Assembly (NCBI GenBank): GCA_038321865.1
Contig: JBBQFH010000011.1
Span: 17,651 to 81,650, forward strand
Length of the DNA stretch: 64,000 nucleotides
Direction of reading: 5' to 3'
Origin: Gemmatimonadales bacterium
Lineage (GTDB): Bacteria; Gemmatimonadota; Gemmatimonadetes; Gemmatimonadales; GWC2-71-9
Under the pieces are notes generated by a model that saw only the letters and a list, made by a program, of their open reading frames with translations, had not been told where the DNA came from and ran no database searches. Numbering within the stretch: position 1 is the first letter of the stretch; each line of letters starts with the position of its first letter. A program made the position numbers and the translations under genes. This document shows, in pieces, positions 41,407-50,275 of this stretch.

Positions 41407-41882
41407 CCCGGGTCCTCGTTCTTCGTGGTACGTTCCAGTTGCTCCGCGTGGGTGCCGAGCCGGATCAGCAGGGCAACCAGCGTCTCCCGGTCCTGGCCTG
41501 AAAGGACCGAGACCAGCCGGTTCAGGTCCGCCGCGTGGCGGGCGAACGCGGGCTCGATCAGCGCCCGGCCCTTCCGGGTGAGCCAGACGAGCCGCACGCG
41601 GCCGTCCCGCGGATCGGGTTTCCGCTCGACCAGCCCCCGTTCGGCCAGGCGGTCGACCGCGGTGGTGATGGAGCCCGTGGTGAGGAGGACTTTCTGCCCG
41701 ATCACGCTCACCGGAAGCGGCCCCTTGTGCAGCAGCGCCTCGAGGACGCCGAAGTCGCTGAAGCAGAGACCGGTGTGCTCGATGCTCTCCAGCGCCCGCG
41801 TCTCGACGGCGTGGCTGGCTTTCCAGAGTGTGAGCCAGACCTGCGCGCCGGTGGGCGGTCGCGTGGTACGATGCGTCTTCAT
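41403..41882 (-). CDS. MarR-family regulator (MhqR-like)
   Basis: DFGVLEALLHKGP, VLLTTGSITTAVDRL, DGRVRLVWLT; overlaps the dioxygenase start. Confidence 0.9.
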   Translation of the reverse strand: MKTHRTTRPPTGAQVWLTLWKASHAVETRALESIEHTGLCFSDFGVLEALLHKGPLPVSVIGQKVLLTTGSITTAVDRLAERGLVERKPDPRDGRVRLVWLTRKGRALIEPAFARHAADLNRLVSVLSGQDRETLVALLIRLGTHAEQLERTTKNEDPG

Positions 41883-41888
41883 GGCCGG

Positions 41889-41922
41889 AACCTACACCGT
41901 TGATACCTTGACGTCAAGGTAT
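41889..41922 (-). promoter_or_regulatory. Perfect 20-bp palindromic operator overlapping a sigma70-like promoter for marR
   Basis: ATACCTTGACGTCAAGGTAT at 41903-41922; minus strand TTGACG(41917-41912)-N17-TAGGTT(41894-41889), ending 6 nt before the ATG. Confidence 0.78.
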
Positions 41923-41948
41923 TACTGAACTCGAACCGGGACCCGCAT

Positions 41949-43208
41949 ATGTCCGCCGCCTCTTCCGCGTCCGCATCCGATTCCCGCTGGGACGGGATCC
42001 GCCGGCCCTACACCACCGACGACGTCGAACGGCTGCGCAGCTCCGTGCGCATTCAGCACACGCTGGCCGACCTCGGGGCGCGCCGGCTGTGGGAGCTGTT
42101 GACGTCGCGGGACTACGTGCAGGCGCTGGGCGCCCTCACCGGCAACCAGGCGGTGCAGCAGGTCCGCGCCGGGCTCGAGGCGATCTATCTGAGCGGCTGG
42201 CAGGTCGCGGCCGACGCCAACCTGGCCGGGCAGACCTACCCCGATCAGAGTCTCTATCCCGCCAACAGCGTCCCGGCGATGGTGCGCCGCCTCAACCAGG
42301 CGCTGCTCCGGTGTGACGAGATTCAGTCGTCGGAAGGAAAGCGGGGCGAGCGGTACTGGTTCGCGCCCATCGTCGCCGATGCCGAAGCCGGCTTCGGCGG
42401 GCCGCTCAACGCCTTCGAGCTGATGAAGTCGATGATCGAAGCCGGGGCGGCGGGGGTGCACTTCGAGGACCAGCTGTCCTCCGAGAAGAAGTGCGGCCAT
42501 CTCGGTGGCAAGGTGCTGCTGCCGACCGGCCAGTTCATCCGCACGCTCATCGCGGCCCGGCTCGCCGCCGACGTGCTCGATGTCCCCACCGTCCTCATTG
42601 CCCGGACCGACGCCGACAGCGCGAAGCTGCTCACCAGCGACGTGGATCCGCTGGACCACCCATTCCTCACCGGTGAGCGGAGTCCGGAGGGATTCTTCTG
42701 CGTGAGCGGCGGCCTGGCGCCCGCGATCACCCGGGCCCGGGCCTACGCCCCCTTCGCCGATCTCCTCTGGTGCGAGACCTCGACCCCGGATCTGGCCGAC
42801 GCCAGGCGCTTTGCCGAGGGGGTCCACGAACGGTTCCCCGGCAAGATGCTGGCGTACAACTGCTCCCCGTCATTCAACTGGAAGCGGAAACTCGACGCCG
42901 GCACCATCGCCAAGTTCCAGCGGGAGCTCGGCGCGATGGGCTACCGCTTCCAGTTCGTCACGCTGGCGGGGTTCCATGCCCTGAACCACAGCATGTTCCA
43001 GCTCGCACGCGACTACCGCGAGCGCGGGATGTCGGCCTACGCCGAGCTGCAGGAGGCTGAGTTCGCCGCGGAAGCCGCGGGATACACCGCGACCCGCCAC
43101 CAGCGCGAAGTCGGTACCGGGTACTTCGACGAGGTGACCCAGGTAATCGCGGGCGGCGCCGCCTCCACCGCGGCGCTCGGCGGATCGACCGAAGCCGCAC
43201 AGTTCTGA
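41949..43208 (+). CDS. aceA: Isocitrate lyase
   Basis: [51 protein letters not shown]. Confidence 0.97.
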   Translation: MSAASSASASDSRWDGIRRPYTTDDVERLRSSVRIQHTLADLGARRLWELLTSRDYVQALGALTGNQAVQQVRAGLEAIYLSGWQVAADANLAGQTYPDQSLYPANSVPAMVRRLNQALLRCDEIQSSEGKRGERYWFAPIVADAEAGFGGPLNAFELMKSMIEAGAAGVHFEDQLSSEKKCGHLGGKVLLPTGQFIRTLIAARLAADVLDVPTVLIARTDADSAKLLTSDVDPLDHPFLTGERSPEGFFCVSGGLAPAITRARAYAPFADLLWCETSTPDLADARRFAEGVHERFPGKMLAYNCSPSFNWKRKLDAGTIAKFQRELGAMGYRFQFVTLAGFHALNHSMFQLARDYRERGMSAYAELQEAEFAAEAAGYTATRHQREVGTGYFDEVTQVIAGGAASTAALGGSTEAAQF

Positions 43209-43271
43209 CGCCTATCGTCGCCGGGTCGCGGGCGGTACTCTTGAGCGATATCATCCTGTCATCCGGGCGCA

Positions 43272-43667
43272 ATGGCCAAGATTCTCATCGTCGAAGACAA
43301 TGAGCTGAACCGGGACATGCTGTCCCGCCGGCTGATCCGCCGCGGCTATGCGGTCGTGATCGCGGCCGACGGCGCCGCCGGCGTGAGCATGGCCCTGAGC
43401 GAGCTGCCCGACCTGATCCTGCTGGACATGAGCCTCCCCGTCCTCGACGGGTGGGAGGCGGCCCGGCGCATCAAGGCCGAGCCCGCCACCCGGGGGATCC
43501 CGATCGTCGCGCTCACCGCCCATGCGATGGCGGGGGACGAGGCCCGGGCCCGCTCCGCCGGCTGCGACGAGTTCGACACCAAGCCGATCGATCTGCCACG
43601 GCTCCTGGGAAAGATCGAGGGGTGTCTGGGGACGGCATCCGGTCTGGAGCCCGCCGCGGGTTCATGA
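43272..43667 (+). CDS. Single-domain response regulator (DivK/CheY-like)
   Basis: ILIVEDN, LLDMSLP..DG, ALTAHAM, TKPID. Confidence 0.92.
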   Translation: MAKILIVEDNELNRDMLSRRLIRRGYAVVIAADGAAGVSMALSELPDLILLDMSLPVLDGWEAARRIKAEPATRGIPIVALTAHAMAGDEARARSAGCDEFDTKPIDLPRLLGKIEGCLGTASGLEPAAGS

Positions 43668-44110
43668 CCGACCGGCCGGCCGACGCCCCCGACGCGGAGA
43701 TCGTGTGCCCGGCGCGGCCGGAGAGTCTCGCGGCCCTGCTGGCGTTCGTCGCCGAGGCGTCGGCCCGGGCGGGACTCGACCGCGACAGCACCTTCGCCGT
43801 CCGGCTCGCGGCCGAGGAGGTGTGCACCAACGTTATCGCGCATGCCTACCCCAACGGTGCCGCGGGTCCGGTGCGCCTCCGCTTCCGCCGCGATCCCGCG
43901 GCGGTGCTGGTGACGGTCGAGGATCTCGGCATCCCTTTCGATCCCGCGCAGGTTGCCAGGCCAGCGGCGGATGCCGCTTGGGAGGCTCGCCCGATCGGCG
44001 GCATGGGCTGGCACCTGGTGCGGGAGAGCGTGGACGAAGTGCGGCACGAGCACCTTCCGGGCGGAGGGAACCGGCTCACGCTGGTCAAGCGGCTGTCTCC
44101 CGACCCCTGA
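43664..44110 (+). CDS. RsbW/SpoIIAB-like anti-sigma factor Ser kinase (HATPase)
   Basis: LAAEEVCTNVIAHAY, VEDLGIPFDP, GGMGWHLV, GNRLTL; ATGA overlap. Confidence 0.9.
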   Translation: MTDRPADAPDAEIVCPARPESLAALLAFVAEASARAGLDRDSTFAVRLAAEEVCTNVIAHAYPNGAAGPVRLRFRRDPAAVLVTVEDLGIPFDPAQVARPAADAAWEARPIGGMGWHLVRESVDEVRHEHLPGGGNRLTLVKRLSPDP

Positions 44111-44141
44111 TTCTCTGAGCACGGAACCTGGAGCACGGAAC

Positions 44142-44480
44142 ATGGAAGTGAATGTCGAGCAGCGCGGAGGCACGTCGGTCGTGCGGATTGCGGGGAGCGT
44201 GGACGGCCTGACGTCCGACGCGCTCCAGGCGGCGCTGCATCAGCAGATCGAGGCCGGTGCCACCCGGCTGGTGGGGGATCTCAGCGCTGTCGACTACACC
44301 AGCAGCGCCGGGCTCCGGGCCCTGCTGGGGACGTTGAAGCTGGCCCGGCAGCGGGGCGGCGACCTCCGGCTCGCCGCGGTGCAGCCGGGCGTGCTGCGGG
44401 TGCTGGAGCTCAGTGGTTTCACCAGCATCCTGAAGGTCTTTCCCGATGTGGACACCGCCGTCGAGAGCTTCGGCGCGTGA
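44142..44480 (+). CDS. STAS-domain anti-anti-sigma factor (RsbV/SpoIIAA-like)
   Basis: DLSAVDYTSSAGLR phosphoacceptor motif, VLELSGF. Confidence 0.92.
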   Translation: MEVNVEQRGGTSVVRIAGSVDGLTSDALQAALHQQIEAGATRLVGDLSAVDYTSSAGLRALLGTLKLARQRGGDLRLAAVQPGVLRVLELSGFTSILKVFPDVDTAVESFGA

Positions 44481-45322
44481 AGCGTCGCGTCGCGCTGGTC
44501 ATCGGGGCCGGCTCGGTCAAGTGCGCCGCCGCCCTGGGGCTCTGGCGGACGCTCGTCCATCACGGGATCGAGCTCGACATGGTAGTGGGCTGCAGCGGCG
44601 GCAGCCTGTATGCCGCCGTGATGGCTCTGGGCTACGACGTCGAGACCTGTGAGCGGCTGACCCGGGAGCTCTGGACCCGGAAGGTGACCGAGGAGCGGAA
44701 CACCCGGGGCATTCTCGCCGCGATCTTTCCCCGGACCTTCGGGTTCGACGGCAAGTTCGGCATGGTGCACGACCGGGCCATGGGGCGCGCGCTGGCCAAG
44801 CCGTTCGGCGGCCGCACCTTCGAGGAGGCGACGATTCCGCTGCACATCGTCGCCACCGACCTCGGCAACGGCCAGAAGGTCGTGCTCAGCTCGGGAAGCG
44901 TGTTCGATGCGGTGCGCGCCAGCATCGCGATTCCGTATGTCTGGCGCCCGTGGGAGGTGAACGGCCGCTGGCTGCTCGACGGCTGCATGTCGGATCCGCT
45001 GCCGGTGGATGTCGCGATGCGGGAAGGCGCCGACATCATCCTGGCCATGGGATTCGAGAGTCCCTATCCCCGTCAGGTGAAGTCGGCGACGCGCTACGCC
45101 TTCCAGGTGAACAGCATCTACACCAACAACCTCCTGCGCGCCAACTTCGCCTTCCACAATCTGGCGCACCACACCGAGATCATCCCCATCCTGCCGGAGT
45201 TCGATCGCAACATCGGCCTCTTCAGCACCGACCAGTTTCCCTACGTCATCGAGCAGGGCGCGCTCGCCACGGAGGCGCAGATCCCGTATCTCCAGCGCCT
45301 GCTGGCCGGCGCGACCAGCTAG
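44477..45322 (+). CDS. Patatin-like phospholipase
   Basis: ALVIGAGSVKC, GCSGG (GxSxG), VATDL, AVRASIAIP, LLDGC; GTGA overlap with the STAS gene. Confidence 0.88.
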   Translation: MKRRVALVIGAGSVKCAAALGLWRTLVHHGIELDMVVGCSGGSLYAAVMALGYDVETCERLTRELWTRKVTEERNTRGILAAIFPRTFGFDGKFGMVHDRAMGRALAKPFGGRTFEEATIPLHIVATDLGNGQKVVLSSGSVFDAVRASIAIPYVWRPWEVNGRWLLDGCMSDPLPVDVAMREGADIILAMGFESPYPRQVKSATRYAFQVNSIYTNNLLRANFAFHNLAHHTEIIPILPEFDRNIGLFSTDQFPYVIEQGALATEAQIPYLQRLLAGATS

Positions 45323-45334
45323 CGGCACCCCGGC

Positions 45335-46504
45335 ATGACGACCAACGGCGGCGGGCGGATCCTGGTGGTGGACGACAACGAGTCGAACCGCGACATGCTG
45401 TCGCGCCGGCTCGCGCGCCAGGGCTACGGCGTCCAGCTGGCGAGCGGCGGCCGCGAGGCGCTCGACCGCCTGGGTGCGGAGCCGTTCGACCTCGTCCTGC
45501 TCGACATCATGATGCCCGACATGAACGGCTACGAGGTGCTCGAGCGGCTCAAGGCCGATCCGGCGCTGCAGCACATCCCGGTCATCATGATCACCGCCAT
45601 GACCGAGATGGACAGCGTGGTGCGCTGCATCGAGATGGGCGCCGAGGATCACCTGCCGAAGCCGTTCAACGCGACGCTGCTGCGGGCCCGGGTGGATGCG
45701 AGTCTCTCGAGGAAGCGGCTGCGCGACCGCGAGCAGCTTCACGCGAAGAGCATGGAACGGGAGCTCGAGATCGGCCGCAACATCCAGCGGGGATTCCTGC
45801 CGTCGGAGCTGCCGTCCGCCGCCGGATGGGAAATCGCCGCGCGCTTCCGGCCGGCGCGGCAGGTCGCCGGCGACTTCTACGACGTCTTCGCGCTGACGGA
45901 CGACGGCCGGATCGCGCTGGTCGTGTCCGACGTGTGCGACAAGGGCGTGGGTGCGGCCCTGTTCATGGCGGTGTTCCGGAGCCTGCTCCGGGTGCTCCTG
46001 CGGGAATCCTACGCGGCCGCACCGGGCCGAAGCGATGCCGAGCACATCCCCCACGCCATCCGGGTATTGAGCGACTACAACGCCCGCACCCACGCCGACG
46101 CCAACATGTTCGCAACGGTGTTCTTCGGCGTGCTCGATCCGGCTACCAACACCCTCACCTACGTCAACGCGGGGCACGACGCCCCCGCCGTGCTGCGGCA
46201 CGGATCGGTGGCCCGGCGGCTCGACCCGACGGGGCCGGCCGTCGGGCTGTTGCCCGGCCTCGAGTTCGCGGCCGCCCAGGTGGTGCTCGAGCCGGGCGAC
46301 ACGCTGCTCGCCTTCACCGACGGCGTCTCCGACGCGCGCGGCGCCGACGGCGCCTTCTATGGTGAGCCGCGCCTCTTCGCGGCGGCCGGCGGGGCCGGGA
46401 CGGCGGCCGAGCTGCTGGACCGGATCGACGCCGACCTCGACGCGCATACCATGGGCGCGGTGCCCTACGACGACATCACCCTCCTCGCCGTGAGGCGCCA
46501 ATGA
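45335..46504 (+). CDS. REC-PP2C (SpoIIE-like) phosphatase, RsbU/RsbP/RsbY type
   Basis: REC (VVDDN, LDIMMP, KPF) then AGDFYD, DVCDKG, NAGH, FTDGV, DDITL. Confidence 0.93.
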   Translation: MTTNGGGRILVVDDNESNRDMLSRRLARQGYGVQLASGGREALDRLGAEPFDLVLLDIMMPDMNGYEVLERLKADPALQHIPVIMITAMTEMDSVVRCIEMGAEDHLPKPFNATLLRARVDASLSRKRLRDREQLHAKSMERELEIGRNIQRGFLPSELPSAAGWEIAARFRPARQVAGDFYDVFALTDDGRIALVVSDVCDKGVGAALFMAVFRSLLRVLLRESYAAAPGRSDAEHIPHAIRVLSDYNARTHADANMFATVFFGVLDPATNTLTYVNAGHDAPAVLRHGSVARRLDPTGPAVGLLPGLEFAAAQVVLEPGDTLLAFTDGVSDARGADGAFYGEPRLFAAAGGAGTAAELLDRIDADLDAHTMGAVPYDDITLLAVRRQ

Positions 46505-47952
46505 CGATCCTGCATCGGCCCGACGACTGGCCGCGGCTGCATCCAACGGTCGGGCTCGACTACACCGTCCGGTTTTCCGTCTACCCGCTGTTCGGTGCGC
46601 TGTACTGGTCCCAGGTGCACGTGACCGGAATGTCGCCGTGGCTCTGGGCGTACGTCATCGGCTATTCCCTCATCTATCCGCACATCGCCTATCTCATGGC
46701 GGTCCGGAGCCGGAACAGCAAGCGCGCCGAGCTGCGGAACCTGGCGTTCGATTCCTTCGTCATCGGCACCTGGCTGCCGATCCTGTCCTTCGGCTTCTGG
46801 CCCAGCGTCGTGGGCCTGTACGGCGTGCACGCCGGCAACCTCAGCGTCGGCGGACTGCGCTTCGCCGTGCGCAACATGCTGGTGATGATCGCCGGCATCG
46901 TGGTGATGGGTGCGGTGATCGGGTTCCGGGTGCACCCGGATTCGAGCCTGCTCACCACCGTGATCGCTATGTTCAGCATCTTCGTCTACATCTCGGTCTA
47001 CGCGCTCCACTCGCATCTCCAGTCCAAGCGCGTGGTGCACGGGATGAAGCAGATCGGCGACCAGAAGACGCAGATCGAGGAGAAGCAGGCGCTGCTGCAG
47101 GAACGGTCCGACGCGCTGCAGCAGGCCAAGGTGACCGCCGAAGACGCCAAGCGTGCCGCCGAAGATGCCAACCGTGCCAAGAGCCGCTTCCTGGCCAACA
47201 TGAGCCACGAGCTCCGGACGCCGCTCAACGCCATCATCGGCTACTCGGAGATGCTGATCGAGGAGAGCGAGGATCTCGGCGTCACCCAGCTCAAGCCCGA
47301 CCTCGACAAGATCCGCAACGCCGGGCACCACCTGCTGGGGCTCATCAACGAGGTGCTCGACCTGTCCAAGATCGAGGCCGGCAAGATGGATCTCTTCGTC
47401 GAGCCGTTCGACGTGACCGCGCTGCTGCACGAGGTGGCCTCCACCGTTCGCCCCATCATGGCCGCGCGTGGGAACACCCTCGAGGTGCGCGTCGCGCCCA
47501 TGCTCGGCTCCATGCGCGCGGACCTGACCAAGGTCCGCCAGATCCTGCTGAACCTCCTGTCGAACGCGTCGAAGTTCACCGAGAACGGGCCGATCGTGCT
47601 CGCAGTGGCCCGGCTGCGGGGGCCCCATCCCGACGCCGACTGCGTGGCCTTCGAGGTGATCGATTCGGGGATCGGCATGAGCGCCGAGCAGATGGCACGG
47701 CTGTTTCAGCCCTTCGTGCAGGCCGACGCCTCGACGACGCGGAAGTACGGCGGCACCGGGCTCGGTCTCACGATCACGAAGCGCTTCTGCGAGATGATGG
47801 GCGGCACGATCCGGGTCGCGAGCGAGTTGAAGAAGGGGACGACGTTCACCGCCACCCTGCCCGCTGCCGTGCTGGAGGCCCACTCCTCGGCCACCGGCAC
47901 CTTCGCGGTCTTCACCACCGCGGACGTGCCCCGACCTGAACCAGTGGTCTAG
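46501..47952 (+). CDS. Membrane histidine kinase with a MASE2-like sensor
   Basis: [11 protein letters not shown]...[14 protein letters not shown]2-like membrane region; [28 protein letters not shown]; no receiver domain; ATGA overlap. Confidence 0.88.
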   Translation: MTILHRPDDWPRLHPTVGLDYTVRFSVYPLFGALYWSQVHVTGMSPWLWAYVIGYSLIYPHIAYLMAVRSRNSKRAELRNLAFDSFVIGTWLPILSFGFWPSVVGLYGVHAGNLSVGGLRFAVRNMLVMIAGIVVMGAVIGFRVHPDSSLLTTVIAMFSIFVYISVYALHSHLQSKRVVHGMKQIGDQKTQIEEKQALLQERSDALQQAKVTAEDAKRAAEDANRAKSRFLANMSHELRTPLNAIIGYSEMLIEESEDLGVTQLKPDLDKIRNAGHHLLGLINEVLDLSKIEAGKMDLFVEPFDVTALLHEVASTVRPIMAARGNTLEVRVAPMLGSMRADLTKVRQILLNLLSNASKFTENGPIVLAVARLRGPHPDADCVAFEVIDSGIGMSAEQMARLFQPFVQADASTTRKYGGTGLGLTITKRFCEMMGGTIRVASELKKGTTFTATLPAAVLEAHSSATGTFAVFTTADVPRPEPVV

Positions 47953-48491
47953 TGCGCCGGCCGGCGGGTGTACCGGCCGTCCCACGCCACCTGCCACGTC
48001 CCGCCGGCGTCGGTCGAGGTCTCCCAGAACTGGCGAACCGTCCCATCGCCGTTCTTGGTAAAGGCGAGCCGGTGCTGCATGACGACGCCGTCGGGCCGGC
48101 GGGTCTGGCCCGTGAAGGTGAGGGTGCTGTCACGGAAGTCGCCGGCGAGATCGAGCACCCCGCCGCTGTTGGACACCCAGACCTGGTGCCACCGCCGATC
48201 GAGCCGGTTGTAGAAGTTGAAGCTTTGGCCGGTCTCGGCCCGTACGCTCTTCCAGTGCTCGTGCACCAGGCAGCCGTCCTCCTCGGCGGTGACGTCGTTG
48301 GTGCCGGCGTGACCGGCGGGTATCGCCACATCCCACGAGCCGACCCAGAAGTCGAACTGATGGAATTCCGCCGCCGAGCAGTTGGGCGGCGCCGGCGGGC
48401 CCTTGGCTGCGGGCTGCTGCGCGGCGGCGGCTAGGGGCGCGGCGGCGAGCGCGACGACAAGGACGGACCGGACGACGTTCCGATGTGACAT
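47949..48491 (-). CDS. Secreted hypothetical protein (DUF1579-like beta-barrel)
   Basis: Signal peptide; QFDFWVGSWDV, WHQVWV, STDAGGTW...WDGRY. Confidence 0.7.
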   Translation of the reverse strand: MSHRNVVRSVLVVALAAAPLAAAAQQPAAKGPPAPPNCSAAEFHQFDFWVGSWDVAIPAGHAGTNDVTAEEDGCLVHEHWKSVRAETGQSFNFYNRLDRRWHQVWVSNSGGVLDLAGDFRDSTLTFTGQTRRPDGVVMQHRLAFTKNGDGTVRQFWETSTDAGGTWQVAWDGRYTRRPAH

Positions 48492-48583
48492 GACGGCTCC
48501 TTGGGACGGGGGTAATGCCGGATATGCTCACGACGTACGATGCCCACTCGATGTGTCACTGCCTCCAGCCTGCGGGAGTGTCC

Positions 48584-50254
48584 ATGCACGCGATACGTGG
48601 TCGAATGGCGATCGTGCTGTTGCTGGCTGCAACGATGGCTGCGCCGCTCTGGTCGCAGTCGCGCGGCCGGACCAGCACCGCCATCACGGCGTCCGATCTC
48701 CGCACCAGGCTCTTTCTCATCGCCGACGATTCGATGCAGGGGCGTGAGCCGGGCGGCATCGGCGACTACAAGACCGCCGACTACGTCGCCGCCGAGTTCC
48801 GGCGCCTGGGCCTCGAGCCGGCGGGTGAGCATGGCACCTATTTCCAGGACGTGCCGTTCTTTCGCGTCATGGCCGATTCCGCCACGCGTATCGTCGCGGG
48901 GGGGACGACGCTGGTCAACGGACGGGATCTGCTCCTGACGGGGGCCCCCGGACCGGTGCGGCCACTGGAGCACCTCGTGTCCGTGTACGGCGGACCGATC
49001 AACGACAGCACGCACTGGGCGCCGGCGGAATCGTTGGCGGGACGGGCCGTGGTGTTCAGCATCGCAGCCGGACCGGACGGTGTCCGCTCCGCGCGCGGCT
49101 TCGGCCTCATGCTGCGGAATCCGCGGTTCGCCCATGTCGCGCTGATCGCGGTGGCGGGACTCGATCTCTTCGGCGCCGAGACCATCGCGGCCATCAGCGG
49201 CGGCCGGCTCGTAATGGACACGACCCGAGTTCCGACGGCCACTCCCTTCCTCATGGTGACGCCGGCCGCCGCGGACGCGATGCTCGGACGCCCGCTCGCG
49301 GCGGCGGTGCCGGGGCAGGCGGGCCAGGAGATCGGCGGAGTCGTCGGGTTTGCCGCGACGCGGCTCGCCTATCCGGCCCGGAACGTCATCGCCGTGCTGC
49401 GCGGCAGGGATCCGGTGCTGCGCAACCAGTACGTCTCGCTCACCGCGCACAACGATCATGTCGGCTTCGATCACCTCCCGGTGGATCACGATTCGCTCCG
49501 GGCGTTCGACCGCGTGGTGCGGCCCATGGGGGCGGACAGCCGGCCGAGGGCCGCCACGGCGGACGAAGCCTCGCGCGTGCGAGCCATCCTCGACAGTCTC
49601 CGGCGCCTCCGTCCCGCGCGGCTCGACTCGATACGCAACGGCGCCGATGACGACGGCAGCGGCACCGCATCCATTCTGGAAATTGCCGAGCGGATGGCGA
49701 GTGAACGGAAGCTGCTGAAGCGCTCGATTCTCTTCGTCTCCCACACCGGAGAGGAGAGCGGGCTGGTGGGGTCGGGCTGGTTTACCGACCACCCGACGGT
49801 GCCGCGCGACTCCATCGTCGCCGAGATCGACCAGGACATGGTGGGACGCGGCACGGCGCAGGATCTGCCCGGCGGCGGGCCGACCTATCTCGAGGTGGTG
49901 GGCGCCCGGCGCCTGTCGCGGGAGTTCGGTGACCTGCTGGAGGCCGGCAACGCTGCACAGCCGAAGCCGTTCGTGTTCAACTACACCTACGACGCGCCCA
50001 ACCACCCGCTGCAGTATTACTGCCGCGCGGATCACTACAACTACGCCCGCTATTCCATTCCGGCGGTGGCGTTCTCACGGGGCGAGCACCTGGACTACCA
50101 TCAGGTGACCGACGAAGCGCAGTACATCGATTACGAGGACATGGCGCGGGTGTCGAACATGGTCCACGATGCCGCACTGCGCATCGCCAATCTGGGCCAT
50201 CGTCCGCGGCTTGATGCGCCCAAAGCCGATCCGCATGCAGTCTGCCGGCAGTAG
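48584..50254 (+). CDS. M28 family metallopeptidase, secreted
   Basis: DSMQGR, AHNDH, GADDDGSG, GEESGL, QDM, DYH. Confidence 0.9.
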   Translation: MHAIRGRMAIVLLLAATMAAPLWSQSRGRTSTAITASDLRTRLFLIADDSMQGREPGGIGDYKTADYVAAEFRRLGLEPAGEHGTYFQDVPFFRVMADSATRIVAGGTTLVNGRDLLLTGAPGPVRPLEHLVSVYGGPINDSTHWAPAESLAGRAVVFSIAAGPDGVRSARGFGLMLRNPRFAHVALIAVAGLDLFGAETIAAISGGRLVMDTTRVPTATPFLMVTPAAADAMLGRPLAAAVPGQAGQEIGGVVGFAATRLAYPARNVIAVLRGRDPVLRNQYVSLTAHNDHVGFDHLPVDHDSLRAFDRVVRPMGADSRPRAATADEASRVRAILDSLRRLRPARLDSIRNGADDDGSGTASILEIAERMASERKLLKRSILFVSHTGEESGLVGSGWFTDHPTVPRDSIVAEIDQDMVGRGTAQDLPGGGPTYLEVVGARRLSREFGDLLEAGNAAQPKPFVFNYTYDAPNHPLQYYCRADHYNYARYSIPAVAFSRGEHLDYHQVTDEAQYIDYEDMARVSNMVHDAALRIANLGHRPRLDAPKADPHAVCRQ

Positions 50255-50275
50255 TGCCGGCCCGATCCGCCGGGC

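Noticed and set aside
44477..45322. Patatin as an anti-phage (CBASS CapV-like) effector
   Set aside because: No CD-NTase or other defence gene is nearby; the context is purely signalling.
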